A DNA stretch of 64,000 bases from NCBI RefSeq assembly GCF_001194135.2, contig NC_068992.1:60984289-61048288 (forward strand). Reading direction: 5' to 3'. The translations under genes were made by a program, and so were the position numbers. The stretch comes from Octopus bimaculoides (taxonomy: Eukaryota). Below, piece after piece: positions 12,880-26,100 of the stretch. Within the stretch, counting starts at the first letter, position 1, and each line of letters starts with the position of its first letter. The notes beneath the pieces are model-generated. The model ran no database searches. It was given only the letters and a program-made list of their open reading frames with translations, and was not told the origin of the DNA.

Positions 12880-13125
12880 TTTCCCCCAACGTGAGGAACA
12901 TTAAAATACTGACATCCTTCGCCAAGAGATTTCTATGAGATGTGATGCCTGTGCGAACTGAAGGCAAGGATTATGGCAGCATTCACCAAGTTAAACAAGG
13001 AGACCGTTCAGAAGAGCAGCATATTCCTAAGTCGTGTTGGGGGCCGTGGTTGAAGCCAATGGGGATTTTATTGAATTAGTAATTCAAGATATTTTTTAAA
13101 TCTAGTTTATTCACTGTACCCTGTA
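12880..13125 (+). mobile_element. Tc1/mariner transposon 3' remnant
   Basis: Degenerate ELKARIMAAFTKLNKETV...AVVEANGDFIE* followed by a TIR end CACTGTACCCTG and TA. Confidence 0.65.
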
Positions 13126-16084
13126 AATATATAGGTATGTGTATGTATATGTATCAATAGATGGTATAACTATATTTATATACATACCTACACATGCATC
13201 GTCCTTCCGTGTACCCCACTTTCTCTGGTTTATATGTAAAGGAGACTAATGTATATAGACGAAGGCATGGATGTATCGTTAGCTTCCCAATACCATATTG
13301 AGCTGTTATTTCTAGCACAATAGTCAACCACTCCCGATTTTTTATTAAGTCGGTGATACAAGGGAGATAATTCTGCAGAAATAACTTAAATAATTGCAGC
13401 GTGGAAGGTGTTTATAAGCTATTTATAAACAAATTGTTTTAGTTCCAGCTCACGATCTCAGAACAGACTTTATTTAAAGCGTTGGCAACTTTTAGGCAGA
13501 GGCGGGCTGCACGAAGCATGACTGGTGGGCCGCACTACTGAAATTATTATTTTTTTTTTTTTTCGCTAGGCGTACTTTTCAGTAATCTCTGGGCCGCATT
13601 TTGCCCATAACTATTTTAGGTAGTCTTAGTCTCCGGAATCGGTCCTTGTACTTAAATCCTCTTGACCTACAAAACAATAAGGGAGCTTCTAGATACTTTT
13701 GCAATAGGATTGAACCTGGAACCATGTGGTTGGGATGCAACTTTGTGTCGTTAATTGTTTGAAAAGATTAAAAAAAAAAAGAACTTTGTTAAATGTGTTT
13801 TTAAAGGAACGAAGGAAAGAAAACAGAACTTTCCAAAGAACTCTTGAATGTACTTTGACTACACAACATTTTTTCTTTTTATTTTTTTTCGGCACGACTG
13901 GCTTCGTTTCGCTACTTCACCGTCCGGAGCGGGTTTCTGATTTGCTGAGCGTTGTCGCACGCGAGCTTCTCTGGGCCAGCAAACTGCGGGCTGTTTATGT
14001 AGGGACCCGTGGTGGCATCGGAGGTCCGTGTGCGGCGTAACAATATTTTTAAATCTATGCTCTTTAAATGCCTCACTTCACCTCGCGGCTTTCATTGCTG
14101 CTGTAAATCTTTAGACCCAAGGCTGTTGGTCATCAGGCAGACCTTTGATGAAATGTGACCAATCTGTCATTACGGTTGGTTGTCTAAGGAATTCGCTTTG
14201 CAACCATATTGTCTTTTTTCACACCATGTATTGGATATTGGTTTCACATTTTGGAGGAAGGTGTAAATCAATTACTTTGAACCTGGTGCTTTGTACTTGT
14301 ACAGATTTTATCAATTCTCGACAGTGAAGAGCCGAAACCGTTACCACGAGTCCTGTTGCTCAAGCTTCATACGGACGACTGAAATAAATCGACAGTTATC
14401 AAAGATAATGTAATCAAATTACTGGGTCCCAAACTATTTGCTGTTCATTGTCATAGAAATGTTTCGCCTCAGCGTGATAATAATAAAAGCCTTTCACTAA
14501 TTTGAATTATTTCTGCTGCAGTGAAGCTGCAAACATTTTCAATTTGTAAGGATTTAAGAGTTACGTCCCTTACCTTAATTTCTCTTACAACTTCAGCTCT
14601 CTTAATAATTACGCTGAGTTCAAATGCCGTCGAGGTCGATTTTTATCCTTTATGGAGTGGACAAAATAAGTACCAATTGAGCACTGTAATCGATTAATCT
14701 GTACCCAAATTGCTAGCCTTGTGCGCCAATAGAAAAATTATTAATAAGCCCAAGACGGCAGACAATTTAGTCACCTCCGCCCAAAAGATAAACTACAAAC
14801 GGCACTCTATATCGTAAAGGAAAGACACTGGAAAATACGTTTCTGGATATGCACGTTCAACCCTTTCGCTGCGAAATTAAACTTTATTGTTATTCCAGTA
14901 ATGATGCTAAATATCTACCAAAAAACAGAACTGGTATTTTCTGAAAGTCGCGTTCTCTCAACAAACTTACTCAACAGTAAATAGTTTCAAACAAGACATT
15001 CAGCAATGGTTCTAACAACAAGCGATGGTTCTCATACTGACGAATATCAACATTCTTCTTTTTGGTGAAATAACAAAACAAATTTTGCATCGAGATAATT
15101 ATTATTCCAGTGTATAATTTTGCAAGCATGATTGTGTAGGTAAAATCACTTTGCAGTCATGCAGTTCCAGTTTCAGTCTCATTGTGCGACAACTTGGACA
15201 AGTCTCTTCTGACACTGACCGATGCCTTGTGAGACCCTCCACCACAGCATGTTGACCGATATTGGTTTGTTTACGTCTCTGTAACTTAGCGGTTCGACGA
15301 AAGTAACCGGTACACTTGGTACCAATTTAAAAAATTAAGTATTGGTTGGTGGGAGCGTTCTATTCGACAAAAACCCTACAAATTGATGCCCTTACACGAT
15401 CGCAAACCAATGATCGGAGCAAGTAAAAGTTGTTATATTTTGTTTGTTATTTCATTCTTTTATTGAGAAATAACTGATGAAATAGAAACAATTTATCAAG
15501 ACAAATATATCGTTAAAGGGAAGCAACTATAAGTCCCCACTACACTAATATTTCATGCTATTGGTTTTCTTCACTTAAACCATGTCTTGTTCCAAACATT
15601 ATTGGCTAATATTGTAAGGCATCTAGCCTCCACAATACACAGCTAATGACTTAGTGTAATAAATCTAGTAAAAAAAAAAAGTAGTTTTAGTAACGGAAAA
15701 TATTTAGAGGAAATCAAGCTTTTCTCAATTCTTCAATGTTAAAAAACAGCACTGGATTAACCATTAAGCAAAAAAAAGCATGTGCTTAGGGCATCAAGGG
15801 AAGCAGGAGCACCACAGAAATGGTAAATGTTTTATGGCATGCAAAAAAAAAAAAAAACTTGCTAAAATAATTGAAATGGCTTATATGATCAGAAGTATAA
15901 TTTCAAAGTGTCCATGGTATCATAATAATCAAAGACTGCAATTAAAAAAAAAAGTAGCTGAAAACTTCAAATACCAATAAAATGTAAGTACACAAAAATT
16001 ATTGCTTTCCATCTTACTGTTAGTTGTATTTCATTTTGAAAAATAAAAATTTGTTTTGTAGTTTATATTTTGAATTACATAATG

Positions 16085-16420
16085 CCAGGTCCACCTGACT
16101 AGCTCCCGTGCCAGTGGCACATAAAAAGTACCGTCTGAATGTGACTACCAGTGCCCCTGTCTGACTCCCGTGCCGGTGGTACATAAAAAGCACTATCCAA
16201 ACATGATCGATGCCAGGCCCACGTGACTGGCTCTTGTGCGGGTGGCACATAAAAAGCACCCACTACACTCTTAGAGTAGTTGGCATTAAGAAGGGCATCC
16301 AGCTGTAGAAGCATTGCCAGATCAGATTGGAGCCTGGTGCAGCCGCTGGCTTTCCAGACCTCAGTCAAACCATCCAACCCATGCCAGCATAGAAAACGGA
16401 CGTTAAACGATGATGATGAT
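16085..16420 (+). mobile_element. (GAT)n-tailed SINE-type repeat with three internal GGCACATAAAAAGCAC units
   Basis: Family match to other copies in the window; ends GACGTTAAACGATGATGATGAT. Confidence 0.8.
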
Positions 16421-16562
16421 GGAGGCACCAAAATCTCGTAAGTGCTTAGGTCTGCTCTGGGTCTTAACCTGGTCCTGGTTAAAAACATAGATTAAAGAGT
16501 CTTTACAATGTACAAAAATGCTTTGTTTCATTTTAGTACATGTGTATGTGGGCACCATTAAT

Positions 16563-17490
16563 TGAAAAGTTAGCTTCGTTAACCAAAGAGTTAACTTCGG
16601 TAACCGTTAATCAGTAAATTCTTTGAAAATGTAACAGAAGTTATCGATAAACCATTAATGTTAATTTTAATTATAGAAAAAAATAAAAAATCACTTTTTG
16701 CTCTAAAACCACCTTTAAAAAAATACCCAAAAGTATAAAATCAGCTTTTGTGGGCCTTTTTAGGGGGCTTTAGAACCCCAAAACTATAGTTTTTTTTTTT
16801 TGCTTTAGAGTTTACAAAATGCCGATTTTGTAGTTTTAACTTTTAAAAGACCTAACAAAGGCTGATTTTATAGTTTTTGCCCTTTTTTTTAGGTTTTTAA
16901 AGGCTTTTAGAACCAGAAAAGGGTAAAAAAAAATCTCAAATGAAATACTATTAGTATTAAACTAAAAATGTTCATTGATAAAGTGGCTGTGAAAAAATAA
17001 AAAATGAAAATAATTTAGTTTTTCCTCTTCTCATTCTTCATTTTGTTCATGAGATGCATGTTGCCTGTCATGAAAATTAGCATGTCAGAGTTTTCATCAG
17101 AAAGGGATGATCTTACCCATAGAGAACAAACACTCTACTGCAGCACTAGAGGGGTCGGCTGTGTTGAACTTGATGAACAAGTCCACCAAGTCTTGCTCAC
17201 CCAAGAAGGCAGCATCTGTCAACAAGTCCTTGGAGTTGGTCTCCAACCAGGTCTTGACCAAATTCTGGGCCTTGTCCTTGAGTGACCTGTGGCTCCTGCT
17301 GCTCTCTTTTGGCTGGGTGACACCACTGAAGAAGTCATCTCCTCCTCTTCATTGTCGCTTCCTCTACTATTGCTGCTCACTTCGTCAGACTGCTGCCTCA
17401 TGGCCTCTTCGGCCTTACCCTCCATGCTTTTCCTCACCTTGGCAACCTTGGTGGTGTTATACTTATCCAACCAGATGAGGCAAAACCTTT
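16563..17490 (-). mobile_element. hAT transposon remnant including the C-terminal dimerization domain
   Basis: Minus strand LVDLFIKFNTADPSSAAVECLFSMGK.../LSDEN.DMLIFM.GN matches the hAT PSSAAVERLFS motif; GTTAAC-type subterminal repeats at 16563-16660. Confidence 0.8.
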
Positions 17491-18529
17491 AGATTTTCTA
17501 AAGCCTTAACATTTTAGTAATCAGATTACTCTGTCAAAGGTAATACTTATTTTTTGTACATTATTTAGAATTAACGAGGCAGCAAGCTGGCAGAATTGTT
17601 AGCATGTCAGGGAAATGCTTAGCAGCATTTCATCTGTCTTTACCGTTTGAGTTCAAATACCACTGAGGTCAACTTTGCCCTTTCGTCCTTTCAGAGTCAA
17701 TAAAATATGTATCAGTTGAACAGTGGGGTTGATGTAATTGACTCATCCCCTCCCCCAAAATTGCTTCCCTTGTGTCAAAATTTGAAACCATTATTTAGAA
17801 TTAACCAGGATTTACCTTGTGGCTTCAAGGTTTCTATTGATTATTTTTAGAATGACATTGCAGGGTAGGTGTGAGAGGCTGAATCTGGCCAGTTTGAACA
17901 CAAACCAGGCAGAATATTTAGGCTTGATATGGTTGGTTTAAATGCTAAAGGATTAAACTGGATTTTTAAAAATCTGCAGTTCACCGTTTGAGAACCTCTG
18001 CAATAGAATGCAGTCTGAATTACAGGGATTAGCAAGGATTAAGAGTTGAAAGAGAAAGTGGATCTATAATTTGTATGCTTCTGGCAAGTGATAGGTGGGG
18101 GTTTATGACTGAGCCAAAACCACTAGATGTTTGTGTAGTCGAAATGGACTTAGATTCATCATTTAACATCCAATTTTCCTGGATAGCATTGCTTGGACTG
18201 TACAACATGAGCTAACAAGCCAGAGGGACTCTAGTAATTTTTGGTTGAAGGAGAGGAAGCTATGACTCCTGGACTATTGTTAATCACTTTCATCCCTGTA
18301 AGCAACTCTACTGGTAACCAGTGACTAAGAACCAGCCTCTCACTTCTATACTCGCTTGGGCATTAGCTGTGAATGAGAGTAGAAGAGAGAGATACAGAAT
18401 TAAGTGCCATTTAATAGGGCTGCCTCCCAAAGCATCACTTGTGGGTTTGGGCCCCTCGCTTATCTAACAGTAAGCCTCCACTTGAATACCTTCATCATAT
18501 GTAACCTCAAGAATATAGTGGTATTACAT

Positions 18530-18975
18530 AACTAAGAGCCACCACAAGGTTCAATCTTTGTTGCCGGCTTGTATGTTTCAGTGACTCTGAGAGTTATGCC
18601 AGTAGGATAAAAGCTCCTGGTAAAACTTCCCATGCTGGACAGGTCAAAGGATAGAGGTTGCACAAATATAGACTGCCTCTTCCGAGAGGTTAAAATGGTT
18701 TTGTGTAGAGCCAACACTTCTACCTAGAAAAAAAGCGAAGTTACAGAAGCATTGATGACAACCCAAATCTAGGAGAGGAAGGTCTTTCCTCAGGGAAACA
18801 TAAAGACTCAGTACAGCAAAGTCTGAAAGAATGGTGAGGCAGATATGAAGAGGAGGGGATTAAACTGAAGAGAAGTAGAGAAGGCAATCCAGAGTTGAAA
18901 ACAGTGGAGAAAAGTCATCGATGGCTGAGGCTCCAGAGGGAAGAATGGGCTTGAGTAAGTATGTAACTTAAGAGA
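18530..18975 (+). mobile_element. Internally deleted RTE derivative (5' UTR joined to 3' end), copy 1
   Basis: GAGAGTTATGCCAGT...AGCTCCTGGTA...CATGCTGGACAGGTCAAAGGA 5'-UTR-like block followed by degenerate QWRKVIDG..SRG.NGL* and TAAG repeats. Confidence 0.6.
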
Positions 18976-20068
18976 GCAAGTAAGCATAATGTAAACTGGC
19001 AAAAGAGTGAATTCCATTAAAGAAACCTAAGTACTGAGTGGATGTATTAAACTAAGTTGCGTGTTAAATCAACATAAAAAGGAAATAATAACAATAAAGG
19101 GTTTATCTGTTTATGTAACCACTTATCTCCCCATCCATCAACAGTTTAACTGTCAATTTAAGGAAACTACATAAGCTGGAATTTGTCAACTCACTGTCTC
19201 ATATTTCATGCATGTCGTTTGTTTGTCTCGTTAATGTCATTATATAAAAATGTTTTCTCTGATTTCTTTCTTTGAGCTTGATTTTATTTTCTTTAACAGG
19301 GAAAACTTTGGCATCAAGGTTAAGATATTATCACACTGAGTATTTAACAACGGTTTTTTTTTGGTTTTTTTTTTTTGTTAACCATTGAAATTAGAGTGAA
19401 ATCAACTGATCTATTCATTCCATCAAAATTGCCAGATTAATTAATAAACATTTGTGACTCTAAAAGCAGCAGAACTTTGTTTTTGTTTTGTTTTTTGACA
19501 ATGAACCTGTGTATCTCATCTGATCAGCACTAAAGTTATGACCTTCGTATCTGAATACATCTCTGTAAACAATGCAATGAAATATAGAAAAATAGGTAAT
19601 TGGTGTACATCTATGCTTCAAGAATTATTGTTACTTCTTCAGTACTACATCCAACCCATTAACTATCCAAGAATACATTGATTAAATAACGACTAAGTTT
19701 AGTGATGTAACACAACTGAATAGACCAATTTATATATTAATCACATTTCTGGCAACTGGCATCTACATGTTACTTGGTTGTGGGGACATGATATTCTGCT
19801 AACCAATTCAGCATATCAAAAGCAGGGAGCTGTAGAAGATTACGAAACACTAGGATAGATCAACCTTTGTTTGGTTATTTATGAATTCAATAAAGGTAAC
19901 AATGCAAGTGAATTTTGGAAGAGGGGCCTTGTAAGTCTACCAGATAGATGAAAGAGCATTGTAGAAAATGAAGGAAAGTATATTTTAGATTGAGAAAGAA
20001 CTGTGTTTATCTTAATTTTGAAAAATAAAAGAAGTATAAAAAAACTACATTATTTATGGGATGACCCA

Positions 20069-20130
<62 letters not shown>

Positions 20131-20595
20131 GATTGACTCTCCCATCAAAGACAACATATGAGCATTCAACTATTGCTGAACAACCTGCACAAATGAATTA
20201 TTTATAGTGATCAAATGTATGTGTCATACATTAGCTCACTCCCTCCATCAAATTGACATTGTCTGAACAGTTAAAAGGTTTGCTTCCCAACGACATGATT
20301 TCAGGTTTAGGACCAATGTCTTTCACAAAAATCCCAAGTCAGTCAAGTTTCAAAGAAGTCCCCTGTGTATGTGTGTGTGTCTCCTTATCTTGATATATCT
20401 TTGTCTCGCCTGGAAATCAGTGAAAGTTGGTAACAAGGGCATCCAGTCATAGAAAGTCTGCTCTTATGAATTCTGATTGGTTCATGTAAGCATGGAAATG
20501 TTGACATTAAACAATGATGATGATACTCTCTCGTTGCTCACACATGACCATTGTCCATCATTCTTTTCCCCATGTGACCATCTTTCTTTACCTGC

Positions 20596-21392
20596 ACAGT
20601 TTATTTTGCTTTATGAATTCAATAAAGGCAACAACGCTACAGAAATACCGGTCCAAGAATTGCTTGGACCGGTATTCCATTTGTGATATGCTTTTGAAAC
20701 AGAATGAAAGCATGCCTTTTTTGAAACAACTTGTGACCGGAGATGAAAAATGGATTGTGTACAAAAATGTAGCGCGAAAAAGATCTAGGAGTTTTGGTAA
20801 GGATCTCCCGAAACAGCAACCAAAGATAAATATCCATGCCAAAAAAGCTATGCTTTGTGTTTGGTGAGATCATAAAGGCATTATTTATTATGAGCTTCTC
20901 CCACAAAAACCAGACCATTAATTCTGATGTGTACTGTCATCAGCTGGTTAATTTGAACCAAAAAATCAAAGAACTGAGGCCAGAGATTGCCATCAGGAAA
21001 AGGGTATTGTTCCAACTAGACAATGCCCTACCAAATGTGTCTTTGGCTACCTGAACAAAGTTATATGAACTTGGCTGGGATTTCTTACCCCATCCACCAT
21101 ATTCTCCTGCTACTGTGTCACCCGATTACCACTTGTTTTAGTCTCTACAGAACTCATTGCAAGGAAAAACATTTAATGATTTAGATGGAGTCAAAATGCA
21201 TCTAGATAACTTTTTTTCCTCAAAACCAGTCAAATTTTATGTTGATGGACTATTTAAATTGCTTGATAGATAGGCAAAGGTCATTAATAATGATGGAAAT
21301 TATTTCATTGAATAAAATTTATTGAAAGGTCAATAATTTATATCTCATTTTACATTTCAAAAAATGCTCAGAACTTTCCAGACAACCTAATA
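20596..21392 (+). mobile_element. Mariner (DD34D-type) transposase pseudogene with internal deletion and 3' TIR
   Basis: LYEFNKGNNA; VTGDEKW; MLCVW; YYELL; DNA; HPPYSP; PDYHLF motifs; ends AACTTTCCAGACAACCTAA-TA. Confidence 0.92.
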
Positions 21393-22539
21393 AGAGTTAA
21401 AATGATTATATATATATGTATGTGTATATGTGTGTATATATATATACACACACACACACATACATACAGGGAGAGATACATGCAGGTGTGCCTGTGTAGT
21501 TAAGAACCCAACCATGGGTTTAGCCCCACTATGTGGCACCTTGGGCAAGTATCTTCTATAGCCCCAAGCCAACTAAAGTGAATGGATTTGATAGTATATA
21601 TATGTGTGTGTGTGTGTACATACACACACACATACACACATATGCTGGTGTCACATATAAAGCACCCATTCTACTCTGTAAAGTAGTTGGCGTTAGGAAG
21701 GGCATCCAGCCATAGAAATGAAAAATAGATAATTGGAGCCTAGTGCAGCTCTCTGGCTTTCCAGCTTCTATCAAACTGTTCAATCCATGCCAGCAAGGAA
21801 AACGGATGTTAACTGATGATGATGATGGTATATATATTCAGTCACACACACATATGCACGTACATTAATGCTAATTAACTAAAGTACTACGTTAGTGTGC
21901 CTGTCTGTGTCTATATAATTCACTGTCTACAAATATTAATATATATAATGTAATAACTAGGTTTATATAGAAATGGAAACTATAAGATATGTTTGAGATT
22001 ATTGTTTTGAGCAAATTGATTTAAAAAGACATACCTTTGAATTAAATAAAAATAGGAAGAACATCAATGAATAATAAATAATAATTCCAGTTCAAAAAAA
22101 AAACATAAAAGAAAAAGAAAATTGTAACTAAATATGATAAAAAATTGACAAAACAAAATCAATATTTGCAAGATGAAAAATAATTTATTTGAGTAAGTCT
22201 TTGATACGTTAATATTGATCTCTTTTGACTAGATACAAAGCTAATTCATTCTGCTTTTTGTCTTCTTTTTTTTTTTTTTTAATGCAGAGATTGTAGTCAG
22301 TTAGATATAAGTTCCATAAAATTGTAGTAAGATCAGTTTGGTGATGTGAGTTTTATTTTTAGTTGAATCATTTCTGTTCACTTATATGAGTGGTTTCCAA
22401 AACAGGTGGTACTACCCCACTGGGAGCGGTGGAAAGATCCTGGTGGGGGCATTGTAGAAAAGTGGGGCAATAATGGGGTGGCCAAAAGGGGTGTAATGGA
22501 TGTAAAAAGTGCAGACAACTGGCAGGATGGATACTGAGG

Positions 22540-23110
22540 TCATTCAAGACAAGAGATCAAGAACCTATATTGACCCTGTGGAGAATCTTTGTTCTCAGCC
22601 ACCTGAACGACTGCTCCCAGTTATGGTCACCACATAGTACCAAAATAACAGTGGAGCTTCAAGCAGTCCAATGCCACTACACTAAAATGATTGAAGCAAT
22701 GCAGCAGATAAGCTACAGAGACAGGATGAGAAAACTGCAACTTTATTCAATGGAGCAAAGGCATGAGAGATATGCAATAATCTATAGAAAACTCTAGAAT
22801 GGCGAATACCTAATTTCAGCATTGAGTGTTATACAAATGCCAGAACTGGCCACCATTGTATTGTACCAAAGGTACCATCCACTCCATCTAAATTCAGGAC
22901 CAAGTACTGCAATAGTCTAGGGTTCATAGGCCCACACCTCTTCAATGCCCTGCCACAAAAATTAAGAAATCTGCATAAAGTGGAAGTAGATGTCTTCAAA
23001 AAGGAACTAGACATCCTCTTCTCCAGAATACTGGATGAACCAGCAGCCTGATATGAGGTGCAGATGAGGGCACCAGAGTCAAACTTCTTTATACACCAAA
23101 TGGTGTCTGC
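22540..23110 (+). mobile_element. CR1/L2-group LINE 3' remnant
   Basis: LSHLNDCSQLWSPH...LQAVQCHYTK...SYRDRMRKLQLYSMEQRHERYAII, a typical post-RT motif; preceded by a hAT-MITE-like end at about 22390-22500. Confidence 0.75.
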
Positions 23111-26100
23111 TTGTCATCAATTATCGTCAACTTACCTCCTCTCTCCTTAAAGTTACGTATTCATCAAACTCACCTTTGTTTCCCTTCATGGGCATTTTAA
23201 AAGTTACTTTTGTGTGTATTTACAAAAGTGTATATTCAGCGTCATGTGTATATCTCTGAAGTCAATTTCAGGCATTATTCTCCCCTTTTTGACCTCACAT
23301 ATTTGAAATCTACTGAACCAAATTTCAAATTTTGTAGCTCAAAATGTAGCTTAGGAGGTGACCAATCTAAAAATGTATAAACATCATCAGATTTGGTTAA
23401 AAACTGAATTAGGGACAAAGCCTAGAAGTGGTCACAAGTGAGTAAATTTTGACCTTAAGAATATTATTCATACACTGCCATGTGTGAATGATATTTATTA
23501 GAATATATATTTATTGCAATATAGTGTATTCTATGGAATATGAGGTAGGTCTTTGCAAGATACCTAAATACTCAACTGAATCAAACATTTTGCAATGTTG
23601 GTTTCCAATTATTAGTATTTGGATGAGAGCCCCATTCTTCAGTTCCCTCACACACACACACACATATACATAAATACTTGCCCAAGGTTCCACAGAGTGG
23701 GACTGAGCTCAAAACTATGTGGTTGGGAAGTAAGCTCTTTAATCACACAGCCATGAGCATAATAATTCTGTTTCAACCCCTAGTAAGCAATTTGAACTCA
23801 GAACGTAGCAGCAGACAAAATACCACTAAGCATTTTACCTGGCATGCTACCAAAAAAGAACTATGTTGTTGGCTTTTAACCCCATGTTAAACCGGATTCA
23901 GTACTCCTTTGATAAATTTTTTTTTTTTTTTTTTTTTTTTGGCATTTCCAGGAATCATTATCTAATGTATCCTTCCCTTTCTTTAAGATGTTAGAGCAGT
24001 TAAGAGCAAACGGCAGCGAGTTGGACTTCCTGGATGGCATACCTAACAAAAACTACCATGGACATATTTCAGTGGTGTGGCTTGTCTGATGATGAGTCAT
24101 GTCTGATGCAGTTCTCTTCTAAAAAAAAAGGGCTGCCCATGCTTGTGTCAAAGTGTGTGATTTGAAGGATGTTTGGCTGCTATCTCTTGCAGATTGATCA
24201 ACCATACAAAGACCCCTACATTGGCTCAAAACCAATATTGTAATGTTACTGAGGCAGTGAGCCAGCAGAATTGCTAGCACACCGGGCAAAATACTTAGTG
24301 TCATTTCATCCATCCTTATATTTTGAGCTCAAATTCTGCCGAGATCAACTTTGCCTTTCATCCTTTTAGGGGGTCAATAAAATACGTACCAGTTGAACAC
24401 TGGGGTCAATGTAATTGAGTTACTACATCCCACTGAAACTGCAGGCATTGTGCCAAAATTTGAAATCAATATTTTAATGTTACCTTAGAACAGGAGTAAG
24501 TTACAGGGAAGATGAGTCACATTCATAAACAACGTATTTCTCTCTGGTATTCTAAGACATAGCAGCTACAGTTAGACTAAAGCTACCTTCAGGAGACTAA
24601 CATCCTGTAGAATATAAGTGAGCTTCCAGCAACTAAATCTGGATGTTGCACAATCTTATTTTCCTTATTCTTTCAAGATTTGTGTCTATGTAAGAAGTCA
24701 AATTTAAAATCTGAATATTTATTCAATTTTTTTTTTTTTGCTCTTGTAAGCATAAATAAAAAAAATCACTTTAAAGAAGCACATGTAAAAAAACAACGAA
24801 AAATGAAATATGTCCGACATTTTTTTTTTTTACCAGATTTTAAAATAGAAATCCAAAGATCTGTATTTGACAGGTTTCAAACAGGAAGTCTTAGAAAATT
24901 CCAGAATCTAAATATAGAAGATTTGTGATCAATATAACAGCATAAAAAATTGGAAAAGAGGTGGTGGGGAGGGAGGAAAAAAAACTGAAGCCAACATTTG
25001 AAGGAAAATGTAATGATTGCTACTGGTTTGGATTGATATATGATATCAGTAACATTACTGAATAGCATGTCAGTAAGTCAATAAAGAGAAAGTCTCTATA
25101 CAGTATCTTGACCGGCTAGAAATAGCGGCCAAATCTCTCTGAGTGTGTGAGGCTGAGGATCTTACTTCCCGACCATGTGGTTTCAGGTTCAGCCCCACTG
25201 TGCTGTACCTTGGACAAGTGTCTTCTACTATACCTCTAGGGCAACCACAGCCTTGTGAGTGGATTGGTAGACTGAAACTAAAAGAATCCCGTCATATATA
25301 TCTATGTTCTCATTATCATCCATCATTTAATGTTCATTTTCCATGCAGGCATGAGTTGGGCAATTTTATGGGATCCAATGAGCCACAAGGCTGTATCAAG
25401 CCCCAATGTCAGCTTTGGCATGGTTTCTAGAGCTGGATGCCTTTCCTAAAACCAACCACTTTACAATGTGTATTGGATGCTTTTTTTATCTCATGCTACT
25501 GGCACTAGTGTGGTCACCAAAATAGGGAAAAGCAAGAAAAGGGAAAAAGAAAAGCCCCTCAAATAAGTGTGGGAGGAAGGATATTTGAGAGTGGGAGTGG
25601 CTTTATGCCACTCCCAGGTGTTAAAAGGATAAGGAGTATGTATGTGTGTTTGACATCATGTGATGGCTGTAAACAAGCATCACTGTCATATAAGTGGTGT
25701 TGATTTTCTCTAGTCTTTCATGGAAATCATGAAAAGATGCATGTGGCCATGAGAAGAATTATCACCTTGCTTGGAAACAGTTGAGTGTTGGTGATAGGAA
25801 AGGCATCCAGCAAATTAAAACTTGAAATGAATAAATAGTAAGTTATCATTAATGAAAATAGCAATGAGAATGAGTGAAAGATTGTTGCTAATGAAAACGG
25901 GAAATTTTGCCTGCAATGAATTAATATTGCTTATTAAACATTAAAATTTACTCCACAGTGAATACAATGAATATTTAGATTTGTGAAAAACTTGTAGTTC
26001 AACTATTGAATAAACTTCAGAAATTGAAATTACAGGAAATTTTTTGGAACATGAATTTATAAAATTTCCAGATGGTCAATCTTTGCTTTCTTTTAGTAAT

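Noticed and set aside
19281-19325. 19-nt micro-exon candidate (TAACAG|GGAAAACTTTGGCATCAAG|GTTAAG)
   Set aside because: Weak donor and no host gene to attach it to
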